Notes under the pieces: generated by a model
Told to the model about the DNA's origin: nothing
Database searches by the model: none
What the model saw: the letters and a program-made list of their open reading frames with translations, nothing else
Part shown: in pieces, positions 1-11,825 of the stretch
Layout: each line of letters starts with the position of its first letter
How positions within the stretch are numbered: position 1 is the first letter of the stretch
From: Octopus vulgaris
Taxonomy: Eukaryota
Assembly: GCA_951406725.2 (NCBI GenBank)
Contig: OX597840.1
Coordinates: 21,390,001-21,454,000 of the forward strand
Reading direction: 5' to 3'
Length of the DNA stretch: 64,000 nt
Translations under genes and position numbers: made by a program

Positions 1-133
1 AGTGCTTAGCACTAGGAAGTATATATATAGCTGTGAAAACAATCACTTGAATAACAAGTGAGTACTATGTACTAGTATGAATGAATTAACTGCAAAGTGA
101 GGGGGAGCGAGGAGGAAGGCAAGCAACCAAGAT

Positions 134-350
134 GTGTGTGTGTGTGTCTGTTTGTAGCCCATTCCCATTTGACAACCAGTGTTGGTTTGTTTATGTCCCC
201 CTTAGTGGTTTGGCAAAAGATACCAAATGGAATAGGTAGCAAATTTAAGACTACGTAATGAGGTTAGTTCGCCGAACTAAAAAACCCTTCAAGGGCAGTG
301 CTCCAGCATGGGCTGTGGTCCAATGACACAAACAAGTAAAAGATAAAAGA
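134..350 (+). mobile_element. SINE family A, diverged 3' half
   Basis: Matches the 3' half of the full copies (ttgacaacc...tttatgtcccc...ggcagtgctccagcatgg...aaacaagtaaaaga). Confidence 0.75.
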
Positions 351-705
351 GACAAACGTAGAAAGCAAAAGAAGTTGGAAGTCCTACAAGATGTGGTGGA
401 GGTGGCATGGCAGGAGGGCCGGTGGGGTGGGGGTGGGGGAGTTTAACGACTCAGATACAGGAACTGGGTTGGGAAATTCAGAAGTGAAATGAACAAAGAA
501 CATCAGAAGACACGATTTCTTTGGAAGCTTCTTGAAGGGAAGAAGGAAGCAATCTAAGGATCTCTTTGTCAAATTCTATGGCTTCATTCTTTCAACATCA
601 TTAATCACCATAAGATTGACCTTGTTAATCATAAAGCTACCATAAACTCTGGCCTTATTAATCACCATAAGACTGGCCTCTTAAAATGGTGATGATGATA
701 TTAAT

Positions 706-898
706 GGTTTTAAATTTTGGCACAAGGCCAGCAGTTTTTGAGGAGTGGGGAAGTTAATTACAATGACCCCAGTACTTGACTGGGACTTACTTTATCAACC
801 CCAAAAGGATGAAAGGCAAAGTTGACCTCAACGGAATTTGAACTCAGAACATAAAGATGGACAAAATACTGCTAAGCATTTTGCCTGCTCACCACCCT
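706..898 (-). mobile_element. SINE family B, older variant with ggcacaaggcc tail
   Basis: Has the shared core aggatgaaaggcaaagttgacctc...ggaatttgaactcag, i.e. a B-box-like GAGTTCAAATTCC on the minus strand. Confidence 0.8.
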
Positions 899-923
899 AA
901 TAATAATAATAATAATAGTAGTA

Positions 924-983
<60 letters not shown>

Positions 984-1020
984 GTAATAGTAGTAGTAGT
1001 AGTAATGATAATAATAATAA
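899..1020. repeat. (AAT)n/(AGT)n microsatellite
   Basis: Read directly from the sequence. Confidence 0.95.
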
Positions 1021-1021
1021 T

Positions 1022-1214
1022 TATAAAATCTCGAGAAGTACATGGAACAAATAGGGGCTGCAATAAGGGTGGATCACTTGCAGAAAACAGCACTGCTTCG
1101 AACCGCTCGAATACTCCAGAAGGGGCTCGAAAAATAGTGGGTGTTACCTTAGTTCACTAGTATTGAACAGCTGACATGGTAGTACATTTCCAGCATTAGA
1201 AGCTGTGCAAAGGC
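1022..1214 (+). mobile_element. 5'-truncated R4/Dong-clade non-LTR retrotransposon (ORF C-terminus and 3' UTR) inside (TAA)n
   Basis: 1030-1137 translates LEKYMEQIGAAIRVDHLQKTALLRTARILQKGLEK*, matching the R4-clade terminal motif LQKxALLGTARILRxVL. (AAT)n lies on both sides. Confidence 0.7.
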
Positions 1215-1252
<38 letters not shown>

Positions 1253-1253
<1 letters not shown>

Positions 1254-1466
1254 CCTTTCTACTAAAGGCACAAGGCTTGAAATTTGAGGGGAGAGGACTA
1301 GTCGATTACATCAACCCTAGTGTTTCACTGGTATTTAATTTATTGACCCCGAAATGATGAAAGGCAAAGTTGACCTCGGTGGAATTTGAACTCAGAACTT
1401 GGCAACGGGTGAAATACCACCAAGCATTTTGCCCAGTGTGCTAATGATTCTGCTAGCTAGGTGTCA
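1253..1466 (-). mobile_element. SINE family B, older variant
   Basis: Same core as 706-898. Confidence 0.8.
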
Positions 1467-2230
1467 TAATAATAATAAATAATAATATGTATAGAGTGGG
1501 TCTCTTTGCCCTAGGTGTCATGAAGACACCTGACAAAAAATGGAAACAAAACTGCAAGAAAAAAAACTAATGATGATGATGATGATGATGACGATTTTTT
1601 TTTTCACCATAGGGCATTGACTGAAGGGGATATTTCAAGGACAAATAATAATAGTAAGATAACCATGAAGAATACAGAAGGAAAATGAAAGAAGAAAAGA
1701 AACAAGAATAAAGGAGAGAAAGAAATCAATAAGAAAAGGAGAGAGAGAGAGACAGATAGAGGGAGGGGGAGATGAGAGGGAGAGAGAGAGAAAGGAAGGA
1801 AAGAAGGAAAGAAGTAGCAAATGTCGAAATAGGATTAAACATTTTCATTTTGCAACATGGAACTGTGCTAAGTTGTTGTAAGACTGACGAGAATTCTTCA
1901 GACAATGGAGAGGAAAAGATTGGGAAACGAATGGAAGCGGGGGGGGGGGGGGAAAAAGGAAAAACAAAAACAAAACCCAACAAAGAACAACAGACATGGA
2001 ATACAGACCGGATTGTACTGAGCACAATTATAGAAGAGCAGGAATGGAAGTGTGTGGTTGGGGGTGGTCGTGGGTGGCTGGGTGTGTTAGTGCTAAGGAT
2101 GGAGTGGTTGAAGAACGGCAGTTGCAGAGTCTAATGGAACATCTGAGAGCATTTTTGAGAAATGTCCAATGGCAATCGCTGCCTCTTCTGTTGTCAGTTC
2201 ATTTTGACGATACAACATAAGTTCTTCCTT

Positions 2231-2249
2231 ATACGTACATATGTGTGTG

Positions 2250-2285
<36 letters not shown>

Positions 2286-2360
2286 TATATATATATGTAT
2301 GTATGTATATATACATATGTGTATGTACATACACATATATATGAGTATCTATATATATAG

Positions 2361-2401
<41 letters not shown>

Positions 2402-2608
2402 CACATAGATATATATACATACACATATATACATACATATATACATACATACACATATATATACATACATATATACATACATACATATATAAATATACAT
2501 ACATAAATACATATATAAATATATAATATACATACATATATAAATATATAAATATACATACATATATAAATATATAAATATACATACATATATAAATATA
2601 TATATATA
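2231..2608. repeat. Compound (TA)/(CA) microsatellite
   Basis: Read directly from the sequence. Confidence 0.95.
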
Positions 2609-2788
2609 CTTTATTTAAAAGCAGCAGAAATATAACAAAAGCTGTTACTCAGAGTTTCACGTTCCCAAAACTGTCCGATGAACGGGAACGTGAAATTCTG
2701 AGTAACAGCTTTTGTTATATTTGTGCTGCTTTTAAATAAAGCATATTACTCTACCCCTGGTATTTGAGTACTCTTTTTTTCCACCTTC
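2609..2788 (+). mobile_element. Fold-back, Penelope-like non-autonomous element
   Basis: Inverted arms 2609-2666 and 2684-2741 plus a short tail, starting in (TA)n. A homolog lies at 25953-26160. Confidence 0.65.
2667..2713 (+). ncRNA. Type I hammerhead-like motif with CCGAUGA core variant
   Basis: AAAA-CTGT|CCGATGA|ACG-GGAA-CGT|GAAA|TTC-T-GAG|TA|ACAG-C-TTTT. All three stems and a GUA triplet are present. Confidence 0.55.
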
Positions 2789-3132
2789 AACACACACACA
2801 CACGAATATATCATCATCATCATCATTTAACGTCCATTGTCCATGTTGGCATGAGTTGGATGGTTTGACTGAGCTGGCAAGGCTGGAAGGCTGCACCAGA
2901 CTAGAGTCTGATTTGACATAGTTTTATATGGCTTGATGCCCTTCCTAACGCCAACCACTCTGAAAGTGTGAGGGGTGCTTTTATGTATCACCAGCAAGGG
3001 TGCCATTTGCGTGACACTGGGGTGCATTTACATGTCAATTTGCGTGACACCGATATCTGTCACGACTGTGATTTTGCTCAGTTTGATGGGTCTTCTTCTC
3101 AAGCATGACATAATGCCAAAGGTCTTGGTCAT

Positions 3133-3322
3133 TGCCTCTGTGAGGCCCAACGCTCAAGAGGAACTCAGCCACTTTGCCTCCATGAGGCCCAACACTCAGG
3201 AGGAATTCAGCCACCTCACCTCTGTGAGGCCTAACACTCAAAAGGGACTCAGATGTTTTACTTCCATGAGGCCCAATGCTTGAAAGGAACTCAGCTGTTT
3301 TGCCTCCATGAGACCCAACATT
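3133..3322. repeat. About 4.5 copies of a 42-bp tandem repeat inside the LINE 3' region
   Basis: The unit gcctc(t/c)(g/a)tgaggcccaacactcaggaggaactcagccacttt is repeated. Confidence 0.85.
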
Positions 3323-3539
3323 CATGCCACCAGCAAAGGTGCACTTAGCTTGAAGGGTCTTCTCAAGCACAGCACATCACCAAAGGTCTCAGTCACCAGT
3401 CATTGCCTCAGTGGGGCTCAAATTTCAAAGATCATGCTTCACCGTGTCTTCTTGGGTCTACTTCTATGACAGGTTCCCTCAACAGAAATCAGCACTTCTT
3501 TATGCAACTGTCCTCATCCATACGCATCACATGAACATA

Positions 3540-3770
3540 CCTATTTCTTTATTACCAACAAAGGGGCTAAACATAGAGGGGACAAACAAAGACAGACATA
3601 GGTATTAAGTCGATTACATCGACCCCAGTGCGTAACTGGTACATAATTTATCGACCCCAAAAGGATGAAAGGCAAAGTCGACCTCGGCGGAATTTGAACT
3701 CACAACGTAACGCAGACGAAATACCGCTAAGCATTTCGCCCGGCATGCTAATGATTCTGCCAGCTCACCG
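3540..3770 (-). mobile_element. SINE family B with 10-bp target-site duplication (TSD)
   Basis: Full B body. TSD catgaacata at 3530-3539 and 3771-3780. Confidence 0.9.
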
Positions 3771-3867
3771 CATGAACATAGCAGCACAGTCCTCTCCCTT
3801 GCACACCACATCTGATTCCTCTTATGCCTAACTTTTCTCTCAAGATGCTTACACTCTGTCAAACATG

Positions 3868-4182
3868 CTAGCATGGGTTGGACGGTTCAACCGGGGTCTG
3901 GGAAGCCAGGTGGCTGCACCAGGCCCCAAGCTGATCTGGCAGTGTTTCTACAGCTGGATGCCCTTACAAATGCCAACCACTCTGTGAGAGTAGTGGGTGT
4001 TTTTTATGTGCCAGGGGAGGCTGGAAGCGGCCACAATCGGTTGGTGCTTTTTACGTGCCACTGGCACGGAAGCTAGTCAAGGCGACACTGGCATCGGCCA
4101 CGTTCGGATGGTGTTTTTTATGTGCCACCGGCACTGGTATCGCAACTACAATTTCCATTTGATTTTTTATTTTGATGTTATT
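3868..4182 (-). mobile_element. RTE-family 3' UTR fragment
   Basis: gcatgggttggacgg...ctggatgccctt...aaccactc plus two 60-bp-type units. Confidence 0.8.
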
Positions 4183-4199
4183 GTGTGTGTGTGTGTATA

Positions 4200-4600
4200 G
4201 GCGCAGGAGTGGCTGTGTGGTAAGTAGCTTGCTAACCAACCACATGGTTCCGGGTTCAGTCCCACTGCGTGGCATCTTGGGCAAGTGTCTTCTGCTATAG
4301 CCCCGGACCGACCAAAGCCTTGTGAGTGGATTTGGTAGACGGAAACTGAAAGAAGCCCGTCGTATATATGTATATATATATGTGTGTGTGCGTGTATCTT
4401 TGTGTGTCTGTGTTTGTCCCCCTAGCATTGCTTGACAACCGATGCTGGTGTGTTTACGTCCCCGTCACTTAGTGGTTCGGCAAAAGAGACCGATAGAATA
4501 AGTACTGGGCTTACAAAGAATAAGTCCCGGGGTCGATTTGCTCGACTAAAGGCGGTGCTCCAGCATGGCCACAGTCAAATGACTGAAACAAGTAAAAAAA
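4200..4600 (+). mobile_element. SINE family A, full length (~400 bp, tRNA-like head, internal (TA)n(TG)n)
   Basis: Head ggcgcaggagtggctgtgtggtaag (A-box-like) and gggttcagtccc (B-box-like). More than 10 similar copies occur in the window. Confidence 0.92.
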
Positions 4601-4994
4601 AATATATATATATATATCTGTGTGTGTGTGTGTGTGTGTGTGTAGTATGCCTTATATCCCATGTAAAACTACTGTATGTGCAAGTAACCAACTGGGTGTA
4701 TATATGTGTGTGGCAGTATTTCAGTGTATGTGTTTCATTGTGCATTACACATCAGTTCAGAACGAGCGTGGGGAAAGTGAGGGGAGGGGAGGGAGGGGCA
4801 GATGGTGAAACAAGCCATTGTGAGAGCCAACTTTCACACGAGATGCAGTGGGAGGTTTGACCAACTGACAGCAAAGATGCACTTTAAATGCACCATGCAA
4901 ATATGGTGCACTTTGCAGGATTTTATGCTGAATAAAGCATCTACTATTGAATTGTATAACATCTGGTGTGTGCATGTGTGTATGTATGAGTACT

Positions 4995-5178
4995 GGAGTA
5001 AATAGACACACACACACATACACAGATATATGCACATATCAAAAGTGTACATGTATATATATATCCATGTTGTTAGTGTGCATGTGTAGGTGTGTGTGCA
5101 TATATATATATATAAATATATATATGTCAAGAGAGTATAAGTATTTTCTTATATACATACACTCACAAATGCATGTAC

Positions 5179-5240
<62 letters not shown>

Positions 5241-5346
5241 CACATATACATAAACATATACACACAATATACATATATATACCATACTTACATAAATCTC
5301 CAAATATATATATATATATATAAACATATATACATACATACGTATG

Positions 5347-5410
<64 letters not shown>

Positions 5411-5515
5411 TATATATGTATGTACATCTTAGTTATTTTCTGTAGATGCACAGGTGTATGTACGTATGTACGTATGTATGTATGTATGTATGTTCGTATG
5501 TATGTGTGTGCATGC
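4995..5515. repeat. Compound (TA)/(CA)/(TATG) microsatellite
   Basis: Read directly from the sequence. Confidence 0.9.
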
Positions 5516-6163
5516 AAATGATTGTAGATACACTTCAAGAAGCGTCCCTAAATTGCATAGGAATTTCATCATATTGGTTTATTAGAGCAGAGCCTGGAAA
5601 GAGTGTAGAACAAGAAGAAGAAGAAGAAGAAGAAGGAGAAGAAGGAGAAGGAGAAGGAGAAGGGAGTGGGTGGGCAGGGTGGAGGAGCTAAATCAACTAC
5701 AATTGGTATTCTTTGATGATGTGCAAAAATGAGGTGCATGTGTACAGGGTGTGGGGTGGAGATGGGGGAGTGAGGATGGAGAAAGGGAAAGGGGTGTGGG
5801 GGAGGGGCGGGGGGTTAACAAGGAGACGGAAGAAAGGGGAAAAAGAAAACAAAGCAAAATGTATAATATATGAATGTTGATTGTAAATGAGGGAGGTGGG
5901 GGGAAGGGAAGGAAATAAGTAGGAAGGAATTAGAGAAGGACGAAGAAGAGAAAGAGGGAGAGAAAGAATAATAACACCGAAGGAAAGTTTGAAGGAAGGA
6001 GGGAGAGAAAGAGAGAGAGAGAGAGAATTATATTAAGAAAGAAGAGAAAGGGCGAGATGCTGATAGGGTGATTGAATGAAAGTAGAGGAAAGAAAGAAAG
6101 ACAGGTAGAGAGAGAGACAGACAGACAGACAAATATATCAAAATCAGTATATGGAGATGTGTG

Positions 6164-6196
<33 letters not shown>

Positions 6197-6303
6197 GTAG
6201 GTAGGTAGATTGATAGACAGGTGGAGAGTGATATATATATATATATATATAAAGATAGGTATAGACATAGCCAGACAAACAGATAAAGTGACAAATAAAA
6301 AGT

Positions 6304-6304
<1 letters not shown>

Positions 6305-6359
<55 letters not shown>

Positions 6360-6372
6360 TAGATAGACAGAC

Positions 6373-6406
<34 letters not shown>

Positions 6407-6444
6407 GTGGACGGGCAGATAGATAGACAGATAGGTAGGTTGGT

Positions 6445-6476
<32 letters not shown>

Positions 6477-6485
6477 CAGACAGAT

Positions 6486-6526
<41 letters not shown>

Positions 6527-6593
6527 GGATAGATAGACAGACAGATAGATAGATAGATAGATAGATGGATAGATAGATAGATAGATAGATAGG

Positions 6594-6677
<84 letters not shown>

Positions 6678-6680
6678 CCG
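6305..6680. repeat. (TA)n(GA)n(TAGA)n compound microsatellite
   Basis: Read directly from the sequence. Confidence 0.95.
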
Positions 6681-6858
6681 ATATACAGTGAGATTTGTAG
6701 ATAGATGCATAGATAGCTAGACAGTTAGTTAAATAGAGAGACAAACAGAAAGGTAGACAGACAGCCAGACATGTTGATAGATAGGCAGATGGAGAGTGAA
6801 ACAAGAGGAATTGATAGCTGAGATGGAACAAAACAAAACAGCAAAAAAGCAAAGAAGT

Positions 6859-6906
<48 letters not shown>

Positions 6907-7164
6907 ACAAAACAAGCGCTGAACCCCATCCCACAGCCTCTGCCCCCTGCCAAACGGCTACTATCTTTGGTCTCTCTCATCCCCAGCATCCGCTCCACCA
7001 TTTCTTCGCAGAGAGAGAGAAAAGCTCGGTGGAGGGAAGTGTGGACAAATTATGATGCCAATATCTACAGTAATTCTATTGCAGGATAAATATGATTGCT
7101 AATGGCTTTGGTCCAGATAAATTGATTGGTAATTTCTTTCAAACAAATACAAGATATATGTATG

Positions 7165-7262
<98 letters not shown>

Positions 7263-7365
7263 CATAAAGAAATATGTACTTACATATATATATATATATA
7301 GATAGATAGATATATACATACATACATACAAATACTTAATATATATTTCTATATCTATATCTACC

Positions 7366-7412
<47 letters not shown>

Positions 7413-7591
7413 ATATATGTATGTATATACATATATGTATATATATGAATATATATATGTATATATTCATATATATACATATATATGTATATATATATGT
7501 GCATGTGTATGTGTAGGTGTATATATCTATATATATCATCATCATCCTTTAACGTCCAGTTTCCATGCTGGCATGTGTATATATATGCGTG

Positions 7592-7623
<32 letters not shown>

Positions 7624-7765
7624 GATGGATGGACAGACAGATAGAAAAATAGATACTTATATACTTATATAATGACAGCCTTGCTAATTCAGACGGTAAA
7701 TCCAAAGATTCTTTAACCCTGCCATTATGGGTTCAAACTCCACTTTGGATGAAGTATTTTTCATA

Positions 7766-7945
7766 GGTGCAAAAGCATGGCTGTGGGGTCAAGACGTTGG
7801 CTTCCTAGCCCCATGCTTTCAGTTTCACTCCCACTCTGCGGCAATTTGGACAAATGCCTTCTACTACGGGCCCGGGACAACCTAAGTCTTGCAAGGGGAA
7901 ATGATAGGTGGAAACTAAAAGAAGTCTGTGTGTGGGTGGGTGTGT
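7766..7945 (+). mobile_element. SINE family A, diverged 5' half
   Basis: aggtgcaaaagcatggctgtg...aggtggaaactaaaagaagtctg. Confidence 0.65.
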
Positions 7946-8135
7946 CCACATTGAGTGAGTGGAACAGGTAAAAATCCAGGCTAGAGACGGCTCCTCCCTA
8001 GCAGATCCACCGATGTAATAATTACTCAATGAGGGGTACTCAACAAGGTATTTATCAGGCCAGATCCTTAGATCTTATAAATATGTGTGTGTGTGTGTGT
8101 GTGTGTATAACGCACACACACACACATCCATATAT

Positions 8136-8520
8136 TACTCTTTTACATGTTTCAGTCATTTGACTGCGGCCATGCTGGAGCACCACCTTTAGTCGAGCAA
8201 ATCGACCTCGGGACTTATTCTTTGTAAGCTCAGTACTTATCCTATCGGTCTCTTTTGCCGAACCGCTAAGTGACAGGGACGTAAACACACCAGCATCGGT
8301 TGTCAAGTAATGTTGAGGGGACAAACACAGACACACAAACATACACGCACACACACACATATATATATATATATATACATATATGCGACGGGATTCTTTC
8401 AGTTTCCGTCTACCAAATCCACTCACAAGACATTGGTCGGCCCGGGGCTATAGCAGAAGACACTTGCCCAAGATGCCACGCAGTGGGACTGAACCCGGAA
8501 CCACGTGGTTGGTTAGCAAA
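8136..8520 (-). mobile_element. SINE family A, slightly 5'-truncated
   Basis: Reverse complement of the 4200-4600 consensus. Confidence 0.9.
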
Positions 8521-8892
8521 TTTCCACCAATTTCTTCATATTCTTGAAACGCTTTAACTGAGGAAGGTTTATGTAAGGAATGCATTTCCTATTGTCTATT
8601 ATGCTACTTGAAATGTACATATTAAATGATTTCAAAGAAATCCGGGATCTAGAATTATGCGTTAATTTTTTACTAGTTTCATCTCGTCTATTTGTTTTCT
8701 CTCCGTGTTCATTTATGGACAATTAAGGTGGTTTTAGAGTGAGATCATGGCTGCTATTTTCAGCATGGTGGTATCTCGTAGATACCCTAATTTATAATTT
8801 TAGTAATTATTACCTTTGAAGGTTATTTTTTCCATGCTGGCCACTTGATGAGATCGTTATTTTATTTTTAAATTAACGATCTTATCCTTATT

Positions 8893-8925
<33 letters not shown>

Positions 8926-8927
<2 letters not shown>

Positions 8928-9156
8928 TTCTTTATTGCCCACAAGGGGCTAGACATAGAGGGGACAAACAAGGACAGACAAAGGGATTAAGTCAATTACA
9001 TCGAGCCCAATGCATAACTGGTACTTTATTTATCGACCCCGAAAAGATGAAAGGCAAAGTCGACCTCGGCGGAATTTGAACTCACAACGTAACGACAGAC
9101 GAAATACGGCTACGCATTTCGCCCGGCGTGCTAACGTTTCTGCCAGCTCGCCGCCT
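8926..9156 (-). mobile_element. SINE family B, full length
   Basis: Minus-strand head aggcggcgagctggcagaaacg, B-box-like motif, central ctttgccttt...atc...ggggtcgataa domain. Confidence 0.9.
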
Positions 9157-9560
9157 AGGCGCAGGAGTGGCTGTGTGGTAAGTAGCTTGTTTACCAACCA
9201 CATGGTTCCGGGTTCAGTCCCACTGCGTGGCACCTTGGGCAAGTGTCTTCTTCTATAGCCTCGGGCCGACCAAAGCGTTGTAAGTGGATTTGGTAGACGG
9301 AAACTGAAAGAAGCCCGTCGTATATATGTATGTATGTGTGTGCGTGTATGTTTGTGTTTGTCCCCCTAGCATTGCTTGACAACCGATGCTGGTGTGTTTA
9401 CGTCCCTGTCACTTAGCGGTTCGGCAAAAGAAACCGATAGAATAAGTACTGGGCTTACAAAGAATAAGTCCCGGGGTCGAGTTGCTCGATTAAAGGTGGT
9501 GCTCCAGCATGGCCACAGTCAAATGACTGAAACAAGTAAAAGAGTAAAAGAATAAAAGAG
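9157..9560 (+). mobile_element. SINE family A, full length, head-to-head with the SINE B
   Basis: Consensus match with an (AAAGAGT)-type tail. Confidence 0.92.
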
Positions 9561-9664
9561 TATATATGCATACATACTTGTGTGTAGGTATGTATATACA
9601 TACCTACACACACACACATAAATATATAATACACAAAATATAGGGGGTTTTAATTCACAGGTGA

Positions 9665-9702
<38 letters not shown>

Positions 9703-10334
9703 TACATACATACACACCCACATACAAACATGTAAATATATATGAATGTATGTAGACACATATACACACTCACCAACACACTCATACAAAACGCCTACAC
9801 TAACCTATGTGTACAAAATATCTTATATATATAGATATACACACACACACACACACATGAAGAACGCTGTCCATTCCGCTTAAACTGCAAAGACTGGTGA
9901 ATAAAAGTGTGAAGCCTCCTAAATGCAAAAAGCCATCTTAGCACCAGAGACACTTTCTATGGAGGTGGGCATACTTTTAGTGTTTTTTGATAGATTAGCG
10001 AAATCTTTGAAAGGACAAAAATAAAAAAGAAAAGAAAAAAAACTGCAGAAAACCAAGACTGGTTCAAGAGAAATACTCAAGAGCACCATACAAAGCTTCA
10101 TTCTTAATTACAAAAGCCAGGAAACCATAGAGAATCGGTGAAGAACTTGGGTTGCTAGCAACAAGTAGATTCACACAAATTATTTTCATGGAAAGATAGA
10201 CACTTGTGTATATATAGACTTATAAAAGAAGGAGAAGGAAAAATGGGGAATAAATGAAAAGACAAAAATGGAAAATGAAAGATTCTACGCTTAAATGATA
10301 TGGGAAAGAATTGCAGGAATTAACTAGAACTGAT

Positions 10335-10680
10335 ATAGCTTTCGTCCTTTGCTTGGTTCTGTCATTAGACTGTGGCCATGCTGGGGCACCACCTTGAAGA
10401 ATTTTAGTCAAATGTATCGACCCGTTTTCATTTTTTTAACCCTGGTTCTTATGCTATCGCTTCAAAACCACCACCACCACCACCACTTGATAACCGGTGT
10501 TGGTGTGTTTACATCCCTGTAACATCAGCACTTCGGCAAAAGAGAATGATAGAATAAGTACCTGGCATACAAAAAATAATAAGTCCTGAGGTCGATTCAT
10601 TTGACTATGACTGCTTCAAAGCAGTGCCCCAGCATGGCCACAGTCTAATGACTGAAACAAGCAGAAGAGATAAAAGATGA
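10335..10680. mobile_element. Two old SINE A 3' fragments in opposite orientations (~10335-10465 minus, ~10490-10680 plus)
   Basis: Diverged matches to the A 3' half. Confidence 0.65.
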
Positions 10681-10784
10681 AAGTGACACCGTCCACCACA
10701 ATGTCCAGTCGTTAATGCATTGAGGTGACTTGAGGTATAAAGGAAGACGGAGAATATTTTGTCTGCAGAATATAACTTAATATG

Positions 10785-11203
10785 TTTCTTTACTACCCAC
10801 AAGGGGCTAAACACAGAGGGGACAAACAAGGACAGACAAACGGATTAAGTCGATTATATCAACCCCAGTGCGTAACTGGTACTTATTTAATTGACCCCGA
10901 AAGGATGAAAGGCAAAGTCGACCTCAGCGGAATTTGAACTCAGAACATAGCGGCAGACGAAATACCTATTTCTTTACTGCCCACAAGGGGCTAAACACAG
11001 AGGGGACAAACAAGGACAGAAAAAGAAAGGGATTAAGTAGATTACATCAACCCCAGTGCGTAACTGGTACTTAATTTATCAACCCTGAAAGGATGAAAGG
11101 CAAAGTCAACCTCAGCGGAATTTGAACTCAGAACGTAGCGACAGGTGAACTACCACGAAGCACTTCGCCCAGCATGCTAATGTCTCTGCCAGCTCCTCTG
11201 CCT
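10785..11203 (-). mobile_element. Dimeric SINE family B with 15-bp TSD
   Basis: Body repeated with a 184-bp period. TSD tgcagaatataactt at 10764-10778 and 11207-11221. Confidence 0.88.
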
Positions 11204-11614
11204 TTATGCAGAATATAACTTTATAAACGAAAGAACTAAATACTGCAACAGTTGAAAACTGAAGTGCAAAGTGGCAAATTCTGACTTCTTTTTGTCCATG
11301 TTGCAAAATGAACCTTCTGCACCACAGCAAGTGTGCTGAGGTGAGAAAAGAGTCAATCTTGGACAATGAGTCGATGAATATCTAAGTCACCCGGGAGAGT
11401 CCATAATGTGTTTTTCTCCGGATGAATTGACATAAGCTTAAACAATCCTATTGTGGACACGTGAAAAACATCACATGACTGAATCGATGAGTTGAGGACT
11501 TCAAAAAAAAAAAAATCAAGTAATTTTTAATCAAACAAACAAAAACAGAAATAAAACTTAATTTTGCATGATTCGTACATGAAAAGAATTGGTTGAACAA
11601 ATAACAGTTTTTTA

Positions 11615-11825
11615 TTTAGGCACAAGGCCAGCAATGTTGAGGGGGGAGGGGGTAAGACACCCTCATCAGCTTCAGTACTTGACTGGTTCTTCATTTTATC
11701 AACCCTGAAAGCATGAAAGGCAAACTTGGCATCGGTCAGATTTGAACTCAGAATATAAAGATCCAGAAACAAAACGTTACAAGCGATTTTATCCGATGCT
11801 CCAACAATTCTGGTAACTCACTGTT
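11615..11825 (-). mobile_element. SINE family B, old variant
   Basis: Diverged core match. Confidence 0.7.

Larger units (their letters stand above)
2811..3867 (-). mobile_element. Old 5'-truncated RTE-clade LINE (degenerate ORF end and 3' UTR), interrupted by a SINE B
   Basis: ~3360-3539 and 3781-3867 align by eye with the RTE ORF end at ~62990-63270. It has the family 3' end and (GAT)n tail. Confidence 0.8.

Noticed and set aside
600-682. Short degenerate repeats (ttaatcaccataaga...)
   Set aside because: Only two to three imperfect copies, consistent with local slippage.
4432-4860. Recurrent small ORFs such as MTTDAGVFTSPSLSGSAKETDR..., HSQGFGRPEAIAEDTCPRCH... and RPRKDERQSRPRRNLNS...
   Set aside because: These are chance translations of SINE A and SINE B; they recur because the SINEs are multi-copy.
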